A stretch of DNA of 34,326 nucleotides from Octopus bimaculoides. Lineage: Eukaryota. Shown here piece after piece: positions 11,527 through 23,282 of this stretch (position 1 is the first letter of the stretch; each line of letters opens with the position of its first letter). The stretch covers positions 22,385,790-22,420,115 of the forward strand of contig NC_068993.1 of NCBI RefSeq assembly GCF_001194135.2, given 5' to 3'. Made by a program: the position numbers and the translations under genes. Under the pieces are notes generated by a model that did not search any database, was not told the origin of the DNA, and saw only the letters and a program-made list of their open reading frames with translations.

Positions 11527-11700
11527 TGTAGGGTGGGACTAAAGACGGGCACAAAATAAGTTCAATATGATCTGGAATTCTCATGAATAATAATTAATTC
11601 TGGTTTAAAATAATTAATTCTCGTTTAATGAATAATAATAATAACGTAAAATAAATAAAGTGACAAAGGTTTTTAATGGTGACTTTTGGCCCACCCTGTA
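11527..11700. mobile_element. Tc1/mariner-type MITE, about 175 bp
   Basis: The right end GTGACTTTTGGCCCACCCTGTA is the reverse complement of TACAGGGTGGGCCAAAAGTCAC. The left end TGTAGGGTGGGACTAAAGAC is a decayed match. The interior is AT-rich. Confidence 0.55.
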
Positions 11701-11954
11701 TTTACTCACACGTATATTTATGAATGGGTGTATGTAGGTACGTCTATAAAGTATGTAGCAGGCAGGTAAACAGGAAAAAATTTAACTATTTCTGTGTAGA
11801 GTGAAAAATGACGAGCAGCTTCATTCGATTTTTGAATCTTATTCGGCTCTCATCATAAATGTCTACATCTCTTGACCAATCCCAGAGAAACAAGTAGCTA
11901 TTTTGTTTATATACACACCAAATCTAGTAACTTCAAAGAACTAGAGCTATAAAT

Positions 11955-11989
<35 letters not shown>

Positions 11990-11990
11990 A

Positions 11991-12115
11991 GTACCTGTAA
12001 TTATTGGAGCACTGGGACATATATCACACTGCCTAAATACCAATCTTCAGAAACTAGCTTCTCAAAATCAGAAAGAAGAAAGCTGATTCGAAGACTACAG
12101 ATCCAAGCCAGTGAG
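11991..12115 (+). mobile_element. 3' end fragment of an RLE-type non-LTR retrotransposon
   Basis: Reads VPVIIGALGHISHCLNTNLQKLA, then after a frameshift ERRKLIRRLQIQ. This resembles the C-terminus after a restriction-like endonuclease. Confidence 0.5.
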
Positions 12116-12204
12116 CGTGTCTAGACATGCAACTATATGCATGAGAATACATGCATAAAACAAAACAAACAAATCTGTACACATACATACATACATACAT
12201 ACAT

Positions 12205-12650
12205 ACAAAAATACCCAACTGATGTTGAAATTTCAATGAAGAGCCTTGGATCTAAATTAGAAACCAGTTGTCTATTGGCAAGAAATCTTGAAATGAAACT
12301 GTATAATGACATATATTCATTAACCTGCCAAATATCGTTGTGTAGGACCTCAAAGAAGAGATGCTCATTGTTGTGGAAATCGGCTGCCCTCTGTACACGA
12401 ATTTGGTTAGAAAAATACAAGAGAAAGAAGACATATATGGACCATTGATAAGGAGTTTGCAAATCCAGTACCCAAGATACTCTTTCAGCTTCATGCTAAT
12501 TATTATTGGAGCTACAGGTTACATGCCAGCTCATCTGGAACAAGTATGGCTGAACTTGGCATCTTAGGGAGAGAATACAAATTCTTAATTCATACAAATG
12601 GTCACAATATCTAGAATTCTAAAAATCTGCAAGAGCTTGAGATGTGAAGT
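12205..12650 (+). mobile_element. Decayed restriction-like endonuclease (RLE) domain of a non-LTR retrotransposon
   Basis: PNIVV*DLKEEMLIVVEIGCPL...EKEDIYGPLIRSLQIQYP...IIIGATGY matches the PD-(D/E)xK RLE pattern (PDIVVWD...EVGCP...K..Y...IIGALG). The clade is not assigned. Confidence 0.7.
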
Positions 12651-13077
12651 ATGACGATGATTAAATCAAGATATTTTCCTTCACAACCTTGCTGCCATGT
12701 AGGTGGCCGGTGAAAATTTACGCTGAAATTAGAAAGATGAAGAGAATATACTTAAATATATTATCTCCAAATGGAGCTAATGCAGTTTCACACCTATATA
12801 TATCCTGTAGTCCGTGAATGAAGGTTCTGTAATGTTTTGTTTATAGTGATCAAATGTATGTGTATTAACTCACTCTCGCCATCAAATCGACGCTGCCTGA
12901 ACAGGTGCTCGGTGCACCACACGTTAGTTATCGAAGTAATCGATAGAGATAAATCATTTTGCTCAAGAATACAACGCACCACCCGGTCCAGCAATTAAAA
13001 CTGCTATCTTGCGAATCAAATATCTTAACCACTAGGCCATGTGCCCGCACACACGTTCCTCTCTTTCTCCTTTTCAC

Positions 13078-13146
<69 letters not shown>

Positions 13147-13181
13147 NNNNNNNNNNNNNNNNNNNNNNNNNNNNNNNNNNN

Positions 13182-13247
<66 letters not shown>

Positions 13248-15267
13248 AACACAGAAATATATATAATATAAATATACACCCGAATCGGTCAGAATCTATT
13301 GATTTTATTAATATGACAGTCTACTGACCATCTGGTTTATCCAAGACACTTCAGCAGAGGAGCCCCTCCTCGTTCTCGAATATAATATCGCGAAGTATCA
13401 ATACATAGATTTGCAAAAAAATTTTTTTCCATAAAATACTACCCCACTGCCTATCATTTCGAAGTGTGTGATAATAAAAAGAGAATAGAAAAATCCGTCA
13501 ACACGGATGAAATTCATCTTAAGTGGGCGAACTATTCCCAACCTCCGCCGAAAATAACGTTCATTGCGTGGTGAATGTATATGGTTTTCTTCTCGCCACA
13601 TCCAAATTAGAGTAGCCAACCGTAATTTATCTATTACTGCTTGAATAACCATGGAAGGATTCATAAAAAAAAAAAACCAAGAACAATAACAGAACGAGGC
13701 ACAAAAAATGCAACTTAGTTACTATAATAAACTATAAAGTATTAATAATACCGTATTAATCAGCTGTTGTGAATTCGAAGTAATTCAAAGATATAAAAAT
13801 TTTAAAACTAGACCAGGATACAAACACGTACAGATGCTCACGCAGACACGTAGTAAAAAAAAAACAAAAAACAACAACAATGAATAAAAATAAATAAGTT
13901 CGTCATTTCATGGCTCTAAGTTCAAATTCTGACGTGGTTGAGTTTACTATTGTGAATCCAAGTGCAATGATGTAGTTCCTAGAGCTTGGTATATCATATT
14001 CCCCACAAAATAAATAACTTATCTGTCTAAAGAAACAGAGAATCAATGAGTAGAGTATCATAGTAGCTGAGTTCAAGACCTTGTCCCGATTTCAAGAAAT
14101 CCTATTTATGTCAAAGAAATTACTATAATAGACATTCTGAATGCGTTTTCGCCAAATTCACTTCGGAATACCGTTTCATTTATTTTTGTATTGCACACGC
14201 AATTTTTATAGTAACATACTTGATCTACAATCAAGTGACTGTTAGTATTTCAAAATACATCTAGTGACTGTTAGTATTTTAATAATATCGAATGAATCCA
14301 AAAGAATAATGAGAATAAGAAAGTTTGGTTATTCTCATGCATAATTTTGAGGATCTTACAGTTCTTGTATTCCGAAACCCATCACTCTGTTACAATTGTT
14401 TACGATCAAAAGCAGAAGGATCAGACTATATGAAGCCATAAAGAAACAATTATAAAAAATTTTATATAATTTTCATCCAACAGAGTTCAAATTTTATAGG
14501 CATAACGACGGTATAGATTGCGATTATGTTAATAAATTTTCGAAAACAAAAATTAGATATTCCCGATCAATTTCGTGAGCACCAATTTCTAAAATTTTAG
14601 CCAGTTCTTTTGGTCAACCTATCGTATCTGCAGCTGCATCAGATGCCAAGATATCAAAAATTTGCAAAGTGTAGTATAACGGTTTTGCTATGGAATGTTG
14701 AAACTATTTTTTCATTTTTTGAAAAAGCAACGTTTTGGACTTACGACACTTTTGCATAATAGCAAGAATATGTGTTTTTAAATATTAATGTATTTTAAAC
14801 GTTAACCTTCTTTATATAATCTGAATTCTCGAAAAAGAATTTCAGCAAAATATCATAAATATACTGCATTTTTCAGGAGGTTATGAAGAAAGAAGACTCC
14901 TGGATGAGAGACACCAACTTTTTACGCTCTTGTTTGTGGATGAGAATAATCTTAGCAGAGATGATTGATGAGAAAATATTCTTTAATAATTCTAAACATT
15001 TAATCAGACTTGCGTTTGGGGCTGTCGCCGCAATTACGTGGCTCCGAGATCAGTGACATGGCGCGGAACTTTTGTTTCATGGAATTTGTTTGATGGAAGC
15101 AAGGCAAAATAGAAAACTGCCGTATGTACACACACACACACATCACATAGACGGAACTATATATAAATACATTACTGCTCTATGCATTAGTGTCTGCTTC
15201 TTTTACGGATATATTATATACATTGACGATATATATATATATATATATATACACATGTATATATTCT

Positions 15268-15320
<53 letters not shown>

Positions 15321-15401
15321 TTATATGCTTGTATCAAACAAACCGGTACTGAACTTCACGGTTCCATACGAAAATGAAATTAAAATAAGTGAATAATTTA
15401 C

Positions 15402-16734
15402 CTATACGTTTCGTCCGCGAAGCATTGTTTTGTGGCGTCCGCATCCATTCAAACGGGTGTCTGTTGACCCGTCCTATGTTATCTCCAGTGTAGCCCATCA
15501 TCGATGAAGGGCTAGAGTCGATATCAGTACATAAACTGCTATCGTTGCTATTAGTCCGCTGTGGAGCTACATGCAAGGAACCGTTTCTCTGTGAGTTTAA
15601 TACGTAGCTGTTTGAAACTGTATTTAAAGGAATATGCATAGAATGAGACAAATGTTGATGAGGGTGGTGGTGATTTGATAGTTGCTGTTGTTGTTGGGAC
15701 TGATGAATGTCCACAGGGGACAGAGAATCGTCTGATAAATGGGAATGAGTCGAAACAGACTCAGGTGAGGTGCTGATGCTTCCAATGTCTAGATGGTTGG
15801 TTCCTAAATATTCCGTATGGGAACCCATCGGTCTTGATAGCGAAGTCTGAGGATAGCGGTTCAAATTGGTCATTAAAGGGCTGGGCTCATTTGTATGTAA
15901 ATGATCTTCTTGCTGTGATAATTGCTCAGTTTGTTGATTAAGAGGTTGCAGATGCGATTGTTGTAGATGATGCTGGTGTGATGAGGACGTCAGAAGTGAT
16001 AACGGTATAGTTTGAGAATCTTGGGAATGGAGAGGTGACATACTTATTAGCATTGTGTCATTGCTGCCTCTACTTGTACTGGATGTATTAGTGACAGGCA
16101 TACTTGGACCCGTTACGAGATTGCACCCACCCGTTGCCATCCACTCATCATATGGTATTAGGGATGTAGCATGTGAGTTTCCATTCATTGAGGGCTCATT
16201 CGGTGGTGTTGGTGACGCTGTATCAACATCAATAGGTGCAAGGTTTACTAATGGATTGCCACCGTTGGCAGATGAGGCTGGATTTACCGTCGGGTTACCA
16301 CCAGCGGCAGCAGCAGCTGCGGTAGCAGCCGCTGCAACAGCTGCCATGTGTTGAGCTGCTGGTGATGCTGTTATAGGACTGTAATTCAGGTGATGTGCCG
16401 CTGCAGCTAGATGGCTCCACTGGGTCCCGGTCATTTGGGGATTGGCAATTGTGTTATGAGAATGAGTATATGGTCCGTGAGGATGATGATGAGTATGATG
16501 ATGATGATGATGTCCAAAAGTAGATGGAGTATCCAAGCTGTACGCTGTCATTGAGTGAAACGGAGAGGCGACGAGGTCTGGAGGCGTCCCGCTGTAGGTT
16601 ATTGTAGCATGAGGTGTAGCTGTCGTGCTACTCGGTAGGGACATACCGGTATGTGTTAGATGTGGATAGTAATAAGCCGACATTAACGCCGCTTCTGTTA
16701 GCGAAGGACGTCTAGCTGTGGTAGAAGAAGACAT
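15402..16734 (-). CDS. Cdx: First coding exon of an ANTP-class homeobox gene, most likely Cdx/caudal (ParaHox); homeodomain exon not seen in the window
   Basis: The 499-aa ORF track entry starts at a TTG. The first ATG is at 16734 (MSSSTT) and a second at 16683 (MSAYYYPH). It has poly-His, poly-Ala and poly-Gln runs. It ends NRHPFEWMRTPQNNASRTKRI-G followed by G|GTAAAT (GT at 15401-15400, phase 1). R-x-P-[YF]-E-W-M-R, a short linker and G|KTRT is the Cdx pattern (e.g. vertebrate RTPYEWMR). Gene identity rests on the hexapeptide only. Confidence 0.7.
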
Positions 16735-17974
16735 CCGGATGGATGGTTTGCTTTGATTTCGATGTCGGCCTCTATGGTGTGTGTCTGTGTAGCGACAGGC
16801 GTTAACTGCTAATACAAATATTAGAAATAGCAACTGCTAGATAACAAAATTGTCCGTAAGAATTGATAAGTTTTAGTGGCCGATCAGAGGAGTAGTAACG
16901 ATAGCAATAGCAGCAGCATTAGTAGTAGTTATATTAGCAGATGTGATGGTGTCGGTAGTAGTGGTGGTGGTGGTGTCAACTGTATTTGGTTTGGTTAACT
17001 TAAAGGTCCATTCCACGGGCTTAATGAGTAAAATTTACCAATTTAAGACAAGTCTCCGGTTGTAGAACCAACCGTAAGAGATAACTTTGGATAATGAAAA
17101 TAATAATAATGATAATAATAAAAATAATTTTGGTGATGGGATAATGATGATAATGATGAATAGCGTAAATGCTTGGGGTCAGTAGTTTTTCCTTGTCGTC
17201 AAGAGACCGCTGGCGAACGTCTTCTTCCCGACCAAAACATTGTCTGACTGAACAAGCGACTGGCTGGCTGGCTGGTTGACTGAATGATTGGCTCTTGTCT
17301 GTGTCGTTGGCCACCAACCGACTAACAAGCATACATTTACTATACAAACACGCTATGTGACAAGAACAAGGACCACTATGACTGTGACCATGACTACGAG
17401 CAGTGAGAGGAGGACAGAGGAGACGAAAGATTAGGGTGGGACTGAGAGTTGTGGCGCATGTAGATGTCTTAGGTAGGTGGTGGTGCTGTGTAAAGGTGTG
17501 GGTTGGTTTTGAGATATTTCTTAGATTGTATAGTGGTGGAGGTGATGGCGGTGGCGGCGATAATGTTAGTAGTAATGGTGGTGGCGGTGGTTGTATTCCT
17601 AGCAGTAGTATATGATTAGCTTCAAGTCAACCTTGACCGAATAGATCTATGATCAAAGCCAACCCAGTTATGGCCATCCTTGCCTTCTATTGAGCATTGT
17701 GCATTTACGACTATTATACGATGTGTCCCACTGCTTTCAAGGCGATCAGGGTGTAATTTCAGGTGTAATTTGACTGCTATTTCTAGGGAGGGGATAAAGT
17801 GACCGCATAGACCACGTGGCTTGGTGGTCGCTGTTGTTTATCCGTAGGCCGATCATTGCTGAACACACAAAACATCAAATGCCATGACCACTTTAACTGA
17901 TTTTAAACTCATGCTTAATTTTTTGACGCAGTAGTTTATTCCTGTGGGGTATTTGGATGCTTTTTATTAGCTGT

Positions 17975-18437
17975 TCCTGTGACTACTTGGACATATGGCT
18001 CTTGAGGGTCTATATGGCCTTCGGGGGTCATATAAGATTTCAAGGTTTATCTACAATAAATTGGTTATAATTCAACAATACACAAAATATTTTAGAAATT
18101 TTTTTATACAATTTCTAATGATATTTATTCTTTTATTTGTTTCAGCCATTTGACTGCGGCCATGCTGGAGCACCGCCTTAAAGGATTTTTAGACAAACAA
18201 ATCGACCCCAGGGTCTAATTTTTTTTTGAAGCCTAATACTTCTTCTATCGCTCCCTTTTGCCGNNNNNNNNNNCACCTATAGAGATATAATATGATTTAA
18301 AAAAAAATTAATTATAAAGATATATTATCTTTTAAAACCACCGAACGGCTAGGGGGGGGGGTCCACCTGAGTAAAATAGGAATCAGAGGATTCCATAGAT
18401 AAACAAAGAAAAAAGAAAAGCTGCTGAGAACCACAGA
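17975..18437. mobile_element. hAT-type MITE interrupted by a SINE fragment
   Basis: The interior matches 31421-31683 (e.g. ACAATACACAAAATATTTT, TACAATTTCTAATGATATTTA, GAGTAAAA.AGGAATCA). The right end is GCTGAGAACCACAG. A minus-strand SINE tail occupies about 18127-18270. The left boundary is approximate. Confidence 0.65.
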
Positions 18438-18618
18438 CTTAGAGGCATCGTCGTTGGCTCACGTGTTAATTAAGGTAACAATAATGAAGGTAAACGGTGG
18501 TGGTTATGGTCGTTGTGATAGTGGCAGGTTGTTGGTAAAGTCTAGCTTGGTCAGAACTATGAACCGAGATGATCCAGTCTTGACCAGCTCGTTTATCCTT
18601 CTATTTAATATGCAAAGA

Positions 18619-18770
18619 TGGCTGTGTGGTAAGAGGTTTGCTTCCCAACCTCAGGGTTCCGGGTTCGATCCCACTGCATGGGATCTTGGTCAAGTGTCTT
18701 CTACTATAGTCTCGAACCGACCAAAGCCTTGTGAGTGGATTTGGTAGATGGAAACTGAAAGAAGCCCGTC
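18619..18770 (+). mobile_element. tRNA-head SINE, 5' part
   Basis: A-box-like TGGCTGTGTGG and B-box GTTCGATCC (18663-18671). The body matches 22618-22904. Confidence 0.8.
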
Positions 18771-19060
18771 TAAAAATACATACTCGCACATATGTACGTG
18801 TATGTATGTAGGTATATGCTTATGTGTATGTATCGTCTGTGTCTATATAGTGATGACCAATTTGCTGTTAATGATAAACAATTATTAACTTCTTAATCTG
18901 CATTTTCTTTTCTTCTTTTAAATGAATATAAACTATACATACGTATAAATATGTATGTGTGTATCGTCTGCATGTTTATATATTTGTGTATATGTATGTA
19001 GGCATATGCATGTGTGTGTATATGTATCGTCTGTGTTTGTGTATATGCATGTGTATGTAG

Positions 19061-19096
<36 letters not shown>

Positions 19097-19124
19097 TCCT
19101 CCGTAAAGATGGAATAAGTAGCTA

Positions 19125-19450
19125 ATCCTTTCTTCTCTCGGCACAAGGCCCGAAATTGGTGGGGGGGGGGCAGTCGATTAGATCGTCCCTAGTACACAAC
19201 TGGTATTTGATTTATCGAGCCCGAAAGGATGAAAGGCAAAGTTGACCTCGGCGGAATTTGAACTCAGAACGTAAAGACAGACGAAATACCGCTAAGCTTT
19301 CCGCCCGGTTTGCTAACGCGTCTGGCAGCTCCCCGCCATTTAATAATAATAAGATCTGGGGTCGATTTGTATTATTAAAACTTTTCAAAGGGCTACCCCA
19401 GAATGGCTGCAGTCCAATGACTGAAACAAGTGAAAAAAGACAAAACAAGT
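19125..19450 (+). mobile_element. Second SINE-like repeat family followed by a SINE tail
   Basis: GAAAGGATGAAAGGCAAAGTTGACCTCGGCGGAATTTGAACTCAGAACG...; a decayed minus-strand relative lies at about 8100-8205. The tail GGGGTCGATTTG...TGACTGAAACAAG is shared with the main SINE. Confidence 0.6.
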
Positions 19451-19928
19451 GACGGTGTAGCTTGAGATATTTGGCTCCTATTTCTAGCATATCAAGCAAC
19501 CACTTAAAGTTTTTCTAGCGCTGTCTGCGATGGTATTGTGTCAGTTATGATAGACATGTGTTGTTGTTTTAACCCCAGGCTGGTAATAGACGCACCAGTG
19601 ATCACTAGAAACTACTTTTTCTGATTTGTCTGTTTTTCCTAAGACGATAGAGTGATTTAGCTGCTATTTCTAAGAGACTGAGTGACAACATAAAGGCGTT
19701 ATTTTGGGATCGAATTGAATTGGTGTTTACCACTTGATCAATCCTGACAGAACAGACCTGCCAAGCGTGACAATCCCGTCTTTTTCGTTGGTTGCATTGA
19801 CAATATAGAAGCGTATTGAAGTTATAAGAACTACTCCCACCACCACCACTACCACCACCATGACTATTACTACTACTAATACTACTTCTACTTATTTTTA
19901 TTTTTACAATAACACTACCATCATGACA

Positions 19929-19968
<40 letters not shown>

Positions 19969-20368
19969 AGACGACGACGAGAGCCCATTAATAAGGTTGT
20001 GGACGATAGGGCCCTCTAGAATTCTATCATCCCCTCGTCAACTAACATCACATTGAGGAACATTAAACAGCAATATGAAGGGGAACGTAGTAGGTCACGC
20101 CCCTCTCTTAAATGAAGGTGAAAAATATTGAGGAAACGTGATCCAATGAAAATCTGGTTAGGTAAGTACGGAGGCGTGTCAATTAATCTACAGTTGGTTT
20201 CCGCGAAAGGGAGGGACGATTGAAAAGTAATAGAGTTTATACATGCATTCACTCAATTTATATATACATATGTATACACCCAGTCATACGCACAAAAAGA
20301 AAAAAAAATGCCAACGTCAATACAAGCAGAAAACACGCCTATATAAATAAACATATATATATATATTT

Positions 20369-20570
20369 CTTTTATTCTTTTACTTGTTTCAGCCATCTGA
20401 CTGCGGCCATGCTGGAGTAACGCCTTTAGTCGAAGAAATGGACCCGAGGACTTATTCTTTGTAAGCCTAGTACTTATTCTACCGGTCTCTTTTACCGAAC
20501 CGCTAGCTTACGAGGACGTAAACACACCAGCATCGGTCGTCAAGCGATGTTGGGGAGACAAACACAGACA
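20369..20570 (-). mobile_element. tRNA-head SINE, 3' half
   Basis: Reverse complement of the 26862-27108 copy; truncated by the gap. Confidence 0.8.
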
Positions 20571-21357
20571 NNNNNNNNNNNNNNNNNNNNNNNNNNNNNN
20601 NNNNNNNNNNNNNNNNNNNNNNNNNNNNNNNNNNNNNNNNNNNNNNNNNNNNNNNNNNNNNNNNNNNNNNNNNNNNNNNNNNNNNNNNNNNNNNNNNNNN
20701 NNNNNNNNNNNNNNNNNNNNNNNNNNNNNNNNNNNNNNNNNNNNNNNNNNNNNNNNNNNNNNNNNNNNNNNNNNNNNNNNNNNNNNNNNNNNNNNNNNNN
20801 NNNNNNNNNNNNNNNNNNNNNNNNNNNNNNNNNNNNNNNNNNNNNNNNNNNNNNNNNNNNNNNNNNNNNNNNNNNNNNNNNNNNNNNNNNNNNNNNNNNN
20901 NNNNNNNNNNNNNNNNNNNNNNNNNNNNNNNNNNNNNNNNNNNNNNNNNNNNNNNNNNNNNNNNNNNNNNNNNNNNNNNNNNNNNNNNNNNNNNNNNNNN
21001 NNNNNNNNNNNNNNNNNNNNNNNNNNNNNNNNNNNNNNNNNNNNNNNNNNNNNNNNNNNNNNNNNNNNNNNNNNNNNNNNNNNNNNNNNNNNNNNNNNNN
21101 NNNNNNNNNNNNNNNNNNNNNNNNNNNNNNNNNNNNNNNNNNNNNNNNNNNNNNNTATAATGTAGGTGTGCATGCATATATTATGTTTTATATAATGTGT
21201 GTGCGTGTATGTATGTCCGTTGAGGGTGAGTAAATATGTATTTGTGCTGATATATATTCTATATAATGTGTGTGTGTATAACACGTATACGTAAATACAT
21301 ACACAGACACACACATACATAAAAATCAAAATAAGCAACACGGATTTTAAAGATGAC

Positions 21358-21445
21358 TGCAGTACGCACGTTTCATGCTATTCCATTTATTTAAGTAATG
21401 CGAGCATTACATTAAATGCAATATGTAGAGCAATCTTCAGCTGCA
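21358..21445 (-). ncRNA. Type I hammerhead motif F, same family as motif B
   Basis: Minus strand: stem I UGCAG/CUGCA, CUGAAGA 21440-21434, UGCU/AGCA with an inner GUAAUGC/GCAUUAC helix, GAAA 21374-21371, AC-GUGC-GU, triplet GUA. Position 10.1/11.1 is U-U. Confidence 0.75.
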
Positions 21446-22583
21446 CAAAAATGTAGAAAATTACAGTAGAATAGACATATTATAACTGTGGCAACATTTA
21501 AAATCCAAGTGGGAAGAAAAATACATAAAAATCCATCTTGACATGGCCAAGGCTATATACATACACATGTGTCTTCCTCTATAGCTACCGGCTGACCAAA
21601 GCGTTGAGTCTGGATTTGGTAGACGTAAACTGAAAGAAGCATATGCACATACATACATACATATATATGTATATATGTATATATATATGTATGTGTGTGT
21701 ATATGTTTGAGTGTGCCTGTGTTTGTCCCCCCTTGACAACCGATGCTGGTGTGCTTACATCCACGTAACTTAGCGGTTCGGCANNNNNNNNNNNNNNNNN
21801 NNNNNNNNNNNNNNNNNNNNNNNNNNNNNNNNNNNNNNNNNNNNNNNNNNNNNNNNNNNNNNNNNNNNNNNNNNNNNNNNNNNNNNNNNNNNNNNNNNNN
21901 NNNNNNNNNNNNNNNNNNNNNNNNNNNNNNNNNNNNNNNNNNNNNNNNNNNNNNNNNNNNNNNNNNNNNNNNNNNNNNNNNNNNNNNNNNNNNNNNNNNN
22001 NNNNNNNNNNNNNNNNNNNNNNNNNNNNNNNNNNNNNNNNNNNNNNNNNNNNNNNNNNNNNNNNNNNNNNNNNNNNNNNNNNNNNNNNNNNNNNNNNNNN
22101 NNNNNNNNNNNNNNNNNNNNNNNNNNNNNNNNNNNNNNNNNNNNNNNNNNNNNNNNNNNNNNNNNNNNNNNNNNNNNNNNNNNNNNNNNNNNNNNNNNNN
22201 NNNNNNNNNNNNNNNNNNNNNNNNNNNNNNNNNNNNNNNNNNNNNNNNNNNNNNNNNNNNNNNNNNNNNNNNNNNNNNNNNNNNNNNNNNNNNNNNNNNN
22301 NNNNNNNNNNNNNNNNNNNNNNNNNNNNNNNNNNNNNNNNNNNNNNNNNNNNNNNNNNNNNNNNNNNNNNNNNNNNNNNNNNNNNNNNNNNNNNNNNNNN
22401 NNNNNNNNNNNNNNNNNNNNNNNNNNNNNNNNNNNNNNNNNNNNNNNNNNNNNNNNNNNNNNNNNNNNNNNNNNNNNNNNNNNNNNNNNNNNNNNNNNNN
22501 NNNNNNNNNTATATATATATATATATATATATGTAAATATATATATGGATATAAAAATATAAGTATATATATCTGTATATACA

Positions 22584-22617
<34 letters not shown>

Positions 22618-22904
22618 GGCGCAGGAGTGGCTGTGTGGTAAGTAGCTTGCTTACCAACCACATGGTTCTGGGTTCAGTCCCACTGCGTGGCACCTTGGGC
22701 AAGTGTCTTCTACTATAGCCTCGGGCCGACCAAAGCATTGTGAGTGGATTTGGTAGACGGAAACTGAAAGAAGCCTGTCGTATATATATGTATATATATA
22801 TGTATGTGTGTGTATATGTTTGAGTGTGCCTGTGTTTGTCCCCCCTTGACAACCGATGCTGGTGTGCTTACATCCACGTAACTTAGCGGTTCGGCAAAAG
22901 AGAC
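22618..22904 (+). mobile_element. tRNA-head SINE (best-preserved copy)
   Basis: GGCGCAGGAGTGGCTGTGTGGTAAG...GGGTTCAGTCCC head, central microsatellite, conserved body. Other copies or fragments lie at about 21560-21783, 26347-26480, 27720-27797, 28680-28880, 30490-30800, 31173-31225 and 32120-32420. Confidence 0.85.
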
Positions 22905-23010
22905 NNNNNNNNNNTATATATATATATTATTCAAAGGAATTCCAACTCTGTCTGTTTCTATGTGTTTTATGTTTTATTTATATTCTTATAGTATTAATGT
23001 AGGATATAGA

Positions 23011-23272
23011 ATATATAGTATATATAGTAAAATGAAATGAAGTATTGATTGTCTTATTGAATAAATGAAATATTGAATATCAAATATTAAAGGACTAGTA
23101 TACTTTCTTGCATTTAAGCAGTCTTCAAGGTTGTGACAAGAACAACCTGAGTCCTTGAAGACTGCTTAAATGCAAGAAAGTATGCTAATCCTTTAATATT
23201 TGATATTCAATATTTCATTTATTCAATAAGACAATCAATACATCATTTCATTTTACTATATATACTATATAT
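23011..23272. repeat. Foldback with 120-bp inverted arms and a 22-nt spacer
   Basis: 23011-23130 versus the reverse complement of 23153-23272: 3 differences found by eye. Confidence 0.92.
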
Positions 23273-23282
23273 AGTAACAATG

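Noticed and set aside
11790-11860. Minus strand ESRIRFKNRMK resembles WFQNRRMK
   Set aside because: The invariant Trp is missing, the flanks are not homeodomain-like and a stop follows shortly.
15700-15730. CTGATGA plus a TGTCC/GGACA stem inside the Cdx exon
   Set aside because: It is followed by GAGAA rather than GAAA and has no stem I or III, so it is chance. Cores at 12050(-), 15847, 24063 and 33693 also lack the fold.
16055-16354. 99-aa plus-strand ORF
   Set aside because: It is the antisense shadow of the Cdx exon.
17652-17658. TCF-like ATCAAAG upstream of Cdx, a known Wnt target
   Set aside because: A single heptamer is expected by chance in this much AT-rich DNA.
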